A stretch of DNA of 64,000 bases, taken from positions 76,260,001 through 76,324,000 of the forward strand of contig OX597815.1 of NCBI GenBank assembly GCA_951406725.2, given 5' to 3'. Each line of letters begins with the position of its first letter. Positions within the stretch are counted from its first letter, which is position 1. This document shows, piece after piece, positions 1-11,245 of this stretch. The notes beneath the pieces were generated by a model. It had not been told where the DNA came from. It did no database searches and saw only the letters and a list, made by a program, of their open reading frames with translations. This stretch comes from Octopus vulgaris (taxonomy: Eukaryota). A program made the position numbers and the translations under genes.

Positions 1-87
1 AACTGTGCAGTAGATTTGAAAAATTATAATATATAATGATGGGACACGTGTTATTCTGTCTCTAAATTATATGTTAATGTTTGGGGT

Positions 88-157
88 ACCCAGTGATGGG
101 AACTTTGCCCAGCAAATTATTTTATTTGCTAATTAAAGTTCGAAACCTAGGTCTAGT
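88..157 (+). ncRNA. Degenerate or variant type I hammerhead-like motif with extended stem II
   Basis: GTGATGG (canonical CTGATGA), then GAACTTT...AAAGTTC stem II with inner AGCAAAT/ATTTGCT helix, then GAAAC-CTAG-GTC (palindromic stem III, GUC cleavage triplet). Stem I is poor. Confidence 0.45.
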
Positions 158-308
158 TGTAAAACATGGTAAATGTTTTTATTTTTCATTCCCTTCAAAA
201 ATGCTCTTAACTATGGTTTTGGACTTTTAACTGTTCCTTCTGGCATGTAAGGCAGCCTGTTAAGGGTCACCTATTTTTGTGCTTAAATGTACACCAATTT
301 TATATATA

Positions 309-864
309 TCTATATATATAAAACTGTAGTTGTGTGAGTGTCTGTCCCCTTCGATTTAGATTCCTAACTACTCCCACATTTTGCGGTGCAGTTTAACCAA
401 ATTCGGGTATCTTATAGTCGTGATTCATATCAAGTCCGTCTGGGTATTAGTGCGTGTCTACGATGAGTCTACGATTTTAAAAATAATTTAACATCATTTT
501 TTATTCCATTTTAATGCATATTTTTTCGTGTGTCGATGGCGGCGGAGTTGGCGTCCACGTTCACGCCTGCACCTGTGTTGCTTCTCCCCTTCTTCCCTCC
601 CTCGTGAAGCTGTGGGGAAGGGAGTGTAAGGAAATCAACGTCGTAAAGCGTTGTCAAGGAGACCAGCATTCTTTTAGAACAACGACTTCATGGCTTGAAG
701 ACACCAAAACAGAAAATGTCTACGATGAGTCAACGATTTAAAAAAAAATTTACCATAATTTTTTTTCCATTTTTAATGCATTTTTTTTGCTATTTTTTGG
801 CTATAACTCTCTAAAAATGCTTATTTCCCTTACAAACCCGAGCAATGCCGGGTGATACTGCTAG
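309..864 (+). mobile_element. Non-autonomous Helitron
   Basis: Starts A|TCTATATATATAAAA, ends CTAG|T, with subterminal hairpin CCCGAGCAATGCCGGG (837-852) and no TSD. It has an internal duplication (tctacgatgagtc..cgattt) and retains CpGs. Confidence 0.8.
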
Positions 865-1026
865 TATATATATATAATTACAATTTAGTTGAATTAGGTA
901 CTTAAGCTGAGGAACCAAGTCAGTCCAGTATTATTTTCACAGCTTGAAGGTGAATAAAAAGTAAATAACAATGATGTCAAGGTATTAGTGCATTACAACT
1001 GGCTTTATTCTCTAGTTCTGATGAAA

Positions 1027-1620
1027 TCATCATCATCATCATCATCATCGTTTAACGTCTGCTTTCCATGCTAGCATGGGTTGGACGGTTCAACTGGGGT
1101 CTGAGGAGCCCGAAGGCTGCACCAGGCCAGTCAGATCTGGCAGTGTTTCTACAGCTGGATGTCCTTCCTAACGCCAACCACTCCGAGAGTGTAGAGGGTG
1201 ATTTTATGTGCCACCGACACAGGTGCCAGATGAGGCTGGCGAACGGCCATGCTCGGATGGTGTTTTTTATGTGCCACCGACACAGGTGCCAGACGAGGCT
1301 GGCGAACGGCCACGCTCGGATGGTGTTTTTTTATGTGCCACCGACACAGGTGTCAGACGAGGCTGGCGAACGGCCACGCTTGGATGGTGTATTTTTATGT
1401 GCCACCGACACAGGTGTCAGACGAGGCTGGCGAACGGCCACGCTTGGATGGTGTTTTTAATTTTTATGTGCCACCGACACAGGTGCCAGACGAGGCTGGC
1501 GAACGGCCACGATCGGATGGTGTTTGTTACGTGCCCACAGCACGGAGGCCAGTCGATGCGGTACTGGCTACGGCCACGTTTGGATGGTTTTCTTATGTGC
1601 CACCGGCACTGGTACCACAA
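1027..1620 (-). mobile_element. RTE-LINE 3'-tail-derived element with internal ~64-bp tandem array
   Basis: (CAT)n tail plus cgtttaacgtc...ccatgctagcatgggttggacgg, the same tail that ends the RTE copies at 7700 and 12693. Confidence 0.75.
1202..1527. repeat. Tandem repeat, 5 x ~63-67 bp
   Basis: Unit ttttatgtgccaccgacacaggtgccagacgaggctggcgaacggccacgctcggatggtgtt repeated directly with no unique spacers. Confidence 0.95.
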
Positions 1621-2257
1621 AGATACAAATTCCATTGATGTTCATCTATTTTGATTGGTTTGAAATATTTACTAAAAATCATAATGGAGTATCCTGTATG
1701 ATGAAAACCTATATTATGCATCTGAAGATGGTGGTGTATTTCAAATTGATGTAATGCTTGCATTGTTCGATTAAATGGAGCCAGCTGAAATGGCCATAAT
1801 GCACTAATACCTTGACATCCTTGTTACTTATTAACATCTTGCTTATCTGCTATCATCCTCAATGCCCTCACATACCTACCATAATCCCTGCCCTTAAGCC
1901 TCTCTTATATTTCGCTTTATCATTTGCTTCAGTCATCTCTACCCTGCCCACCCAGTCCAAGTCTCTGTATCACCTCCACCTATGCTCACCTGCCCCCCAC
2001 CCCCAGAACATGTCCCAACATATCTTAGTCTCTAACCCACCTTTCTTTTTTAACTGGAGCCTTCATAGACCTACTTTACAGCAGGACACCTAGCCACACC
2101 CCTCTATATCTCTAATTTCTCATCAACTGGCACAAAGCTGTCCTTTTATCTCCTGAAAATAAACCTTAATGGCATATCAACTTTGGAGAATTCTTGATTC
2201 TTGAGATGACCTCTCCTTCTGAAGTGGAACTAATCTTAATTGTGATATGGCAATCAA

Positions 2258-2467
2258 CCCTTTAGCATTCTGATTGCTCTATCAAATGTAATACTTATTT
2301 ATTCACATGGCTTTGAATTAACCATGAATTGTCTTGTAGCATCTAAGTTTTGATGATGTGGTTGTTTAATTTTAGAATGACATTGTAGGATAGGTGTGAG
2401 AGGTAAGTTTGAACATAAAACAGGCAGAATATTTTGGCTGGATATGGCCAGTTTAAATGCTAAAGGC
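2258..2467. mobile_element. piggyBac-type MITE (~210 bp)
   Basis: CCCTTTAGCATT...AATGCTAAAGGC terminal inverted repeats, flanked by T(C/T)AA/TTAA. Further copies at ~19615, 49091 and 51285. Confidence 0.75.
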
Positions 2468-3364
2468 TTAAGGCACATCCTCTGATGTTGGCGATAATTT
2501 TAATAAACCAAGAACTTATGTTGTGGTATTTGATATACATATATTTGTCTATGTTGTTGAAATACATGCCACTGGCCAGTCTGAGTTATTTCTCTTAGCC
2601 CAATTTTTGTTTAAGTTTTAATTCAGATAACTTTTTAAAGTGATCTAAAGATACAAGTGCTCTATGATACAAACAGGAAGTGTGCATCGTAGAACTTGGT
2701 ATGGTCTCAATCAGGTTGGTATTAAAAGGGTTGTTACTAAGAGTTATAACAATAAATGTGACCTACTTCAAAATGTTCTCCTGTGTGACCTTAAGTTTTA
2801 CACACCTGTAGATCCATGGAGTGAGATTATGCTTGGTGAAAATAAAAATTATGTGCCTGAAGAACTACAAACAATTGCTGATAATATCTAATGAAAAAAT
2901 ATCCCATTTTCCTTTTTTCCATCACTACTTGTTTTATGTTCATTTTTCTCTCTTGGGTTAGATGTATACATTAACGAGGCATTGTTATACAGCTGAATGT
3001 CCTACCTGTCATTAATCCATACCAGCTTTTCAAGCATGGGTCCATTTATTTCTTATGTCTTTAAAGGCATGAAGTGGCTACATGGTTTCTTGAAAGAAGT
3101 GACAATAACAACAATAATATTGTTCATAATGAGAGGTTTATATAAAATGCAAATGTAAGCAAAAAAACCAACATGCACACATATACAAAGGGCTTCTATC
3201 ATCCCTCATCTACCAAATTCTCTTACAAGGCTTTGGTCATCCTGTGGTATAGTAGGAAACACTTGTCCATGTTGCATGACTCAACTCCAAATCCTGTGGC
3301 TGGAAAGCAAACTTTTTAACTGCACAGCCACACTAGCATCTACGAGCACCTTTTTTATTATCAT

Positions 3365-3700
3365 TTTCTTGTTTCAGTCATTGGACTGTAACCATGTCAG
3401 GGTACTGCTTTGAAAGCCTTTAGTCTGGTGTTCATTATATCAGTCTCTTTCACCAAAGGGCTAAATTATGGGGATGCAACCAAACTAGTAACAGTTGTCA
3501 AGTAGTGGGGTATAGGTGTCAGATAAAAACACACACACAAAACAAGCTTACTTCTGTTTCCACATACCAAATCTACCTACAAGGCTTTGGTTGGCCAGGG
3601 GTTATAGTGGTAAACATTTACCTAAGTGCTGTGCAGTGAGACTGAAACTGAAACACGTGAAGGGAAAGTGAGCTTCTTAACCACACAGCTATATTGGTAC
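3365..3700 (-). mobile_element. tRNA-derived SINE, family A (degenerate)
   Basis: Reverse complement of the head (gctgtgtggttaagaagct...) and tail (gactgaaacaag) seen intact at 15306 and 37066. Confidence 0.7.
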
Positions 3701-5000
3701 CTAGGAGCATATTTAGACTGTCAATATTTGTAGCTTAATCTTCATGTAATATGAAGATAAATCTCGAATTTGAATACATATGCATTTAGTAGTGATGTAA
3801 TACAATATGATTCAGTATACAAGGGCATAATAAAATGTAATATGGCACTGAAATACTTATATAGTTCAAAATATGCTGCCTCCATGTCTGTTGTTGTTCT
3901 CATTAGAAAAGACCCCACCCCCACCACAACCCACACCCAGATCATGTCTGAATATATCATATAGCTAGCTGAATCTTAATAAGTGCAGATTTACTTCACT
4001 CATATTTAAAGATAATTAAATTGGCTTTTAAGTGGAAGCTTAAGCTAACACTTGGAAAGCAAAATAAGAAAAAATAAACCAAAAGCAACAAAATCTATAA
4101 AAGAAAAACAAGCAAATTATTCTATTCACTTTCAATCTTTTAAGCAGTTCTTTAATTGTATCAACTGATCTCAATGCAGATATTGTAAAGCAATAAAATT
4201 AATAGAAATTGTTTTGGGCCACTGTCAATGGATGGCTTTTGTTAATCAATCAAAACAATAGAATAAAAACTATAAGTGATTGGAGAGAAAACAAATATTT
4301 CTTCCTTTTTTCTGTTTTGTTTTCCTTTTTAAACAAATGGTATTTCTATTTACATTTATTAGGCTCAGACATGGCAGTGTGGTTAAGAAGTTTGCTTTGC
4401 AGCCATATAGTTTCAAGTTCAATTCCATGGTGTGGCTTGAGCAAGTCTGTTTCTACTACAGTCTCAGATTAACTAAAGCTTTGTTAGTGAATTTGATAGA
4501 TGGAAAAAAGAAGCTTCTTGTATATTGTTACCACATAACATAGATGTAAACACACACGCACAAACATCATTTAGCAATTAGTAATTTGAAACTAGTGATT
4601 TCTTGTGATAAGATACATAGAAATTATATTTACAGCAGACAACTGAAGTGAAAACAAATACCATTCATCATATCAATTTTGAATAATCATTAGTCAGGTA
4701 TAGGACACTTGCCTCATTGAATAAATTTATAGTAATAAATTTATGGCGTGGACGACAGATGTTAAATGATAATGATGATGATGTAAACATCATCATCATT
4801 ATCATCATGTTTGATGAGCATGAAAACATTTTACAATAACAGATACTTATAAAGCCTATAATAGTGCTTTCAGGAGGAAGTTTGTCAGGCTGAAATTAGT
4901 AGCCCGAGTTCTTAACCACAACGCCATATACCCACGGGCATATGGTGTAGTGGTTAAGAGCACAACTAACCCCAAGATTCCGAGTTTGATTCCAAGAAGT

Positions 5001-5410
5001 CATCATCATCATCATCATCATCATCGTTTAACGTCCGCTTTCCATGCTAGCATGGGTTGGACGGTTCAACTGGGGTCTGGGAAGCCCGAAGGCTGCACCA
5101 GGCCAGTCAGATGTGGCAGTGTTTCTACAGCTGGATGCCCTTCCTAACTCCAACCACTCCGAGAGTGTAGTGGGTGATTTTATGTGCCACCGACACAGGT
5201 GCCAGACGAGGCTGGCAGACGGCCACGCTCGGATGGTGTTTTTATGTGCCACTGACACAGGTGCCAGACGAGGCTGGCAGACGGCCACGCTCGGATGTTG
5301 TTTTCTTATGTGTCACCGACACAGGTGCCAGACGAGGCTGGCGGACGGCCACGCTCGGATGGTGTTTGTTACGTGCCCTCAGCACGGAGGCCAGTCATTG
5401 CGGTACTGAA
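5001..5410 (-). mobile_element. RTE 3'-tail-derived element with 3 copies of the ~63-bp unit
   Basis: Near-identical to 1027-1570 but with fewer tandem units. Confidence 0.8.
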
Positions 5411-5492
5411 TAATAATAGTGACCTGAATAATAATAATAATAACATTGAAAAATACCTTAGGAATGAGAACCCAGGTTCAAAATTTCCCCAA

Positions 5493-5538
5493 GACACCTG
5501 AAGAAGGCTGGGGGGTATATCAGCTGAAACGTTGTGTT
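5493..5538 (+). ncRNA. Minimal type I hammerhead ribozyme motif (PLE-associated)
   Basis: GACAC-CTGAAGA-A-GGCTG-(10 nt)-CAGCT-GAAAC-GTT-GTGTT. Core is intact, stem I GACAC/GTGTT, stem II GGCTG/CAGCT, palindromic AACGTT in place of stem III. Confidence 0.8.
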
Positions 5539-5671
5539 AACCACAAACAAAATGAGGACAAATATCCGTTGAATGTAAATAATGTATATAATGTACATAA
5601 TTCCTCATCTCTTAAATATAGAACTGTATGATTTCATTTATTTGCCACAAGGGCAAAGGATGAGGAGGACT

Positions 5672-5890
5672 TCTACAATAGGCACAAAGCCTGAAATTTG
5701 TGGGAGATGGATATTCAATTACATCAAACACAGTACTTAGCTGATACTTATTTTATTGACCCCACCCCTCACACAAAAGGATGAAAGGTAAAATTGATCC
5801 AGGCAGAATTTGAACTCAGAATGTAAGGGTGGATGAAATACCACTAAGCATTTCACCTGGTGTACTATTGATTCTGCCAGCTCCCTGCAT
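5672..5890 (-). mobile_element. tRNA-derived SINE, family B
   Basis: Reverse complement of gctggcagaatc...ttctgagttcaaattc...cctttcatcctttt...ttgtgcc. Other copies at ~9180, 29375, 32465-33060 (tandem cluster), 38080, 40695, 41724, 42085 and 63455. Confidence 0.75.
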
Positions 5891-6410
5891 TAATAATAAT
5901 AATAACTAGCTGGACCTGTGAAAAATTCACAGAAAACATAAAAAATGTAAGCATCTGTAAATTATGTGCTGGTTCCATGAGAAATGTTTCTATATTGTGA
6001 CAGTTACAGAATATAGAAAGAAGTGTAAAACTGATAACTATATCATCCAACCAAAATGTCTCAGTTATGCAAATGTAAACAGAATTAATATTTAGCCTTA
6101 AAATACATCGTATATATTCAAAGAACCTTCTTGGTTTGGTGGTATGGAAAATTATTTTGGTATTATTTTATTCTTTTACTTGTTTCAGTCATTTGATGGT
6201 GTCCATGCTGGAGCACTGCCCTTTAGTCAAAGAAATTAACCCCTGGACTTATTCCCTGTAAGCCTGGTGCTTATTGTATCAATCTCTTCTGCCGAACAGC
6301 TAAGTTACAGGGATGCAAACACACCAAATTGGTCGTCAAGCGATGGTGGTGGTGAGGGAGAAACACAAACACAAACACACATACATAAATATATATATAT
6401 ATATATGTAT

Positions 6411-7696
6411 AACCTAGCTGAAACCAAAGTCATAGTAAGTAGGAAAGCAGACAAACCACAAATCCCCTCCGGTAGATGGCCCTGCTCAATTTATAGAAAA
6501 GGTGTAGGTAGAAACTCCATAAGATGCAACCAGTGTAAGCTTTGGAGACACAAAAGGTGCAGCAACATCAAAGGAAGGTTAACAGAGAAACTAACTTTTG
6601 TATGTGGAAGGTGCACAGAGAATAAATGCTGAACTTGAGTAGAAAATAGACTCCATAAACTGTCAGAGGGGCAAGCTAGAGGTAGTAGATAGCTTCCGGT
6701 ATCTAGGCGACCAGGTTAGTAGTGGAGGTGGTTGTTCCAAGAGTGTAGCTGTGAGAATAAGATTAGGCTGGGGAAAGTTCAGAGAGCTCTTACCCCTGTT
6801 GGTAACAAAGGGCCTCTCTCTCAGAGTGAAAGGCAGATTGTTTGATGCCTGTGTATGAACAGCTATGCTGCATGGCAGTGAAACATGGGCTATAACAGCT
6901 GAGGACATGTGTAGGCTTGAGAGAAATGAAGCCAGTATGCTTTGCTGGATGTGCAATATCAGTGTGCATGTTCGACAGTGTAAGCATCTTGAGAGAAAAG
7001 TTAGGCATAAGAGAAATAGATGTGGTGTGCAAGAGAGACAACTGTGCTAGTATGGTCATGTGATGTGTATGGATCAGGACAGTTGTGTAAAGAAGTGCCA
7101 CTCTCTAACTGTGGAGGGAACCTGTGGTAGAGGTAGACCCAGGAAGACATGGGATGAGGTGGTGAAGTATGATCTTCAAACTTTGAACCTTACAAAGGCA
7201 ATGACTAGTGACTGAGACCTTTGGTGATGTGCTCTTCTTAAGAGGACCCACCAAGCCAAATGCACTCATGTTGGTGGCACGTAAAAAAAACGAAAAATCA
7301 ACCTTTGAATATTGGGCCTGATGGAGGCAAAGTGGCTGAGTTCCTTTCGAGTGTTGGGCCACATGGAGGTAAGGTGGCTGAGTTCCTTTCGAACGAACCT
7401 CACGGAAGTGAGGTGGCTGAGTTCCTTTCAAATGTTGGGCCTCATGAAAGCAAGGTGGTTGAGTTCCTTTCGAGCGTTAGACCTCATGGAGGCAGTGACT
7501 GAGCACCTTTCGAGCGTTGGGCCTCATAGAGGCAATGACCAAGACCTTTGGCATTATGTCGTGCTTAAGAAGAAGATCCATCAAGTCGAGCAAAATTGCA
7601 GTTGTGGCAGATACCAGTGTCATGCAAATGGCACCCGTGCCCAGTGAAACTGTCCAACCCATGCCAGCATGGACAATGGACGTTAAATGATGACGA

Positions 7697-7700
<4 letters not shown>
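6411..7700 (+). mobile_element. 5'-truncated, decayed RTE-clade LINE (RT C-terminal part plus 3' UTR)
   Basis: NLAETKVIVS...FRYLGDQVSSGGG...LHGSETWAITAEDMCRLERNEASMLCWMCN...RGRPRKTW, with stops and frameshifts and a (GAT)n tail. Confidence 0.9.
7310..7540. repeat. ~40-bp tandem repeat (5-6 copies) in the RTE 3' UTR
   Basis: Unit approximately gtggctgagttcctttcgagtgttgggcctcatggaggcaa. Confidence 0.85.
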
Positions 7701-7734
<34 letters not shown>

Positions 7735-7821
7735 TTAGAGACAAAACCACTATTTTGCAAATCAAACAAGGAAAGACTTAATCAATACATAAAAAAATTT
7801 TAATATAAAGTAAATAAATCG

Positions 7822-7865
7822 CCACTACAATTGTTTCCTGTCTTCAAATGACATTCATCAGGTGG
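7822..7865 (-). ncRNA. Minimal type I hammerhead ribozyme motif
   Basis: Minus strand reads CCAC-CTGATGA-A-TGTC-ATTTGAA-GACA-G-GAAAC-AATT-GTA-GTGG. Canonical core, stem I CCAC/GTGG, palindromic ACAATTGT, GUA cleavage triplet. Confidence 0.8.
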
Positions 7866-7920
7866 ATTTCATATCTTCTATTCAATTTTAAAGTTATTCA
7901 AAATGTGACCGCGTGTGTAC

Positions 7921-7951
7921 CAACGAAGAGCTCCGCTCGAAACGTTAAACC
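7921..7951 (+). ncRNA. 5'-damaged minimal hammerhead motif
   Basis: caACGA-A-GAGC-TCC-GCTC-GAAAC-GTT. The CTG of the core and the 5' arm of stem I are missing. Confidence 0.55.
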
Positions 7952-8041
7952 CTCCCTCTTTCCTTAGCATCCAATAATACTATATTTGTTCTACGTCCTT
8001 GCGTTGTGGTGTTTTTTTTGTGCTTTCTTGTTTGGATTAAC

Positions 8042-8085
<44 letters not shown>

Positions 8086-8667
8086 GCTTCTTTCAGTTTC
8101 TGTCTACCAAATTCACTCACGAGGCTTCAGTTTGCCAGAGGCTATAGTAGAAGACACTCTTTAAAGTATAGAGTTGAATTTCGTGTAGCCACCTGTTGGC
8201 AACTTTTCTCCCCCACCTATTTTGTAGTGGGTAGTACCCAATTTTCTGGATTCTTTTCACAGCTATACCCTGTTGGAAATTTGCATTAGTTTGTGTATGA
8301 AAATAAAAGGAAGGGAGTGGGGCTTGTTTGTTGTTTGTAGAGAAAACATTAAATGTGCCTGAAAAATAAAAAAAACATGGTCTTCCCCCACTAACTTAAA
8401 GACATGAAGAACTATGAAAGAAGGCGAATAAGTACTGAGGTGGGGGAAAAAGAGAAAACTAACAGTCAATCATTCTAGAACTCCCAGAATAAAAACAAAC
8501 ACCTGAAAGACTTCCCTCCATTCATTACTAAATGTCTTTCCCTCTTCTTCATTGCTAAATGTAAAGAAGCGAGAAAAGATTGATCATATTTCAGTCTAAT
8601 TGTCATTTTACATGACTGAAGCTTGCCTTTCTCTGTCGCTTCACTCCTTTTGTCTATGGTTAAGAGA

Positions 8668-8950
8668 GTGAAGGTGTGTGGCTCAGTGGTTAGGGATATT
8701 GGGCCCACGATCGTAAAGTCATGAATACAATTCCCTGCAGCATGCTGTGTTTTTGAGCAAGGTACTCTGCTTCAACTTGCTGCAGTCCACTCAGCTGGCA
8801 AAACTGAGTTGTAGCTTAATTCAAAGGGGCCAGCCTTGTCACATTCTGGGTGAGGCTGAATCTCCCTGAGAACTATGTTATGGTATGAATGTCTGTGGAA
8901 TACTCAGTCACTTGTGCGTTAATTTTACGAGCAGACTGTTCCATTTGTTT
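8668..8950 (+). mobile_element. tRNA-derived SINE, family C (CORE-like centre)
   Basis: gtgaaggtgtgtggctcagtggttaggg head and tgtgtttttgagcaag...cagtccactcagctg centre. Copies at ~32240(-), 34936, 47575(-) and 62922. Confidence 0.7.
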
Positions 8951-9674
8951 ATGTATCAACTTTTCTTTCCATCTATGTATCTACTTTCCTTGCGATGTGA
9001 TAAACATTTCAAAACACAAAACGAACACCGTTACCACTCACTGTCTCTCTCTCTCTCACTGTCTCTCTCTCTCTCACTTTGCCACTTGCTTCTTCCTTTG
9101 AAGTAAGTATGACACACACCACACATACGTACATACAAAAAGAATAAGTTGATATATTAATATTATTGATAATAACAGTTTCAAATACTGACACAAGGCC
9201 AGCAATTTCAGGAGAGTGGGTAAGTTGATTACATCAACCCAAATGCTCAACTGGTACTTATTTTATCAACTCTGAAAAGGATGAAAGCTGACCACGGCAG
9301 AATTTGAATTCAGACCATAATAATAAATGAAATGCTGATAAGCATTTTGCCTGGCAAGCTAACCATTCAGCATATAATAGATTACATAAAATAAAACACA
9401 ATGTGCTTGAAGCTAGTCAAACTGATAGAGGGAAACTCTAAACAGAGCAGGTGTGAGAGACAGTAACATTACATGCAGGTGAGTTGGAGTGAGACACTTT
9501 GTTCTGAAGTTGCTACTATATTAATAAAAATAAAATTGCAATTTTTTTATCATAAATTATATTTATTATCAAATTATATTTATATTATCAATTTCTCACA
9601 GATACATATTATACATATATATATATCTATGATATTAAATATTAAACTCTCTTGAATTATATATACATATATAT

Positions 9675-10430
9675 TAAAGAGATTTGTTGTGCAAGGCCGG
9701 TAGCAATGCGAGAAGGTACAAAGTAAACTACAAAAGGAAAAGAAATGAAAACAAAGTTGCAGTTTTACCTTGTATTTCTGTATTTCAGGGTTATAACCTC
9801 TCTTTCAAGACGTTTTCAAAAAAGTGAGGTATGGAAAAGTTGTTGCTCAGATTTGTTGGGGTAGAAGGAGGAAGGAGAAGAAGGAGGAGGGAGAGGAAAG
9901 AGGTGGTGACATGTGCAGATAGGTATCTGCTTTAGTAACCGTCTGTTTCATGTAGAAAGAAGTCAAAAAAAATTTATAACAGGGACCATCAATTCCTATG
10001 ATAATAGGTCTGATTTTAAGTTTAGGTTTGAATTTGTGGGTTTTCACTAAACGATAGAGGGAAGGGGTATATTTTTGGGTTTGAAATTAAGCCAATTTTC
10101 TTAGAAAGCTTTCAGTTGTGACAAATGTTGGTCCAACTAGCATTAATTGTGGCTTCAAACTGACTAGGTGTGATTTGTGCTTTTTGGTATAGCATGGTGT
10201 CATTAAGATGTTTAATTGCTAATTCATTGTAAGTGAACCTATGATGTAGGATCCCTTCTCCTTGTCTGAGGGTAGGTAGACAAAGTTTTTTTAGATTGTA
10301 GGTTTTGTAAGGTGAGAGATTGGGATTTCATAAGGTTGTGTAATGTGGTGGGGTGTTTATTTAAGACATTAAAAATGGAACTAGCTTAGAGTTAAATTCA
10401 GGATTGAGAGTTTGTATGATTGTGATTTGT
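9675..10430 (-). mobile_element. Decayed, internally deleted Penelope-like element
   Basis: Minus-strand peptides LPSDK (about 10275-10260) and KTHKFKPKLKIRPIIIGIDGPC match the PLE RT motifs xDKG and PKxHKxxxxxRPI. Its tail abuts a TA-rich microsatellite. Confidence 0.6.
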
Positions 10431-10437
10431 ATGATAT

Positions 10438-10668
10438 ATATGTCAATGAAATTCCAACACAATCAGATTTTTATGTTTTATTTTTGTATTTTTAACAATT
10501 TTACAATATTACATATGATAAACTTCAGTTAATAAAGCAGCTATATAACTTTGAAGATTGTAGAATGAAACAACTTGTTTTATCATAGTATATAATATTG
10601 TAAAATTATGAAACATACAAAACTAAAATATCAAATTCAGACAATGTTGGAATTTCATTGACTTTACA
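10438..10668. repeat. Fold-back (palindromic) element in (TA)n
   Basis: Perfect 18-bp inverted pair 10442-10459/10645-10662, plus an inner inverted pair aattttacaatatta..atgataaa. Confidence 0.7.
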
Positions 10669-11245
10669 TATATATGCATATAGATATATATACATATAAA
10701 CACATATAAATGTATATACATATATACGCTTATAAATATATGGCATGTGAAAAACAACATTTGAGCGAGGGCATTGCCAGTACTGCCTAACTGGCCCTCG
10801 AGCCGGTGGCACGTAAAAGCACCCACTACACTCTCGGAGTGGTAGGCGTTAGGAAGGGCATCCAACTGTAGAAACTCTGCCAGATCAGATTGGAGCCTGG
10901 TGCAGCCATCTGGCTCACCAGTCCCCAGTCAAACCGTCCAACCCACGCCACCATGGAAAGTGGATGTTAAACAATGATGATGATACATATATATGCATAT
11001 AAATATACATACACATATATGCATATAAATATACATACATATATGTATACAATATACATACATATATACACATGAATATACATACGCATATAAATATACA
11101 TACATATATACCTGTGTAAATATACATATATACATGTATAAATATACATATATACATGTATAAATATACATATATAAATATACATATATGTGTATAAATA
11201 TACATATATGTGTATAAATATACATACATACACATATAAATATAG

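Larger units (their letters stand above)
4896..5626 (+). mobile_element. Short PLE terminal-repeat derivative (fold-back tRNA-like head, hammerhead, 3' tail), interrupted by an RTE-tail element
   Basis: Matches 22205-22443 and the reverse complement of 19817-20070. Its first ~80 bp form a palindrome centred on cccacggg. Confidence 0.85.

Noticed and set aside
1202-1527. CRISPR-like array
   Set aside because: Units are contiguous with no unique spacers, the context is eukaryotic, and it sits inside a retroelement tail.
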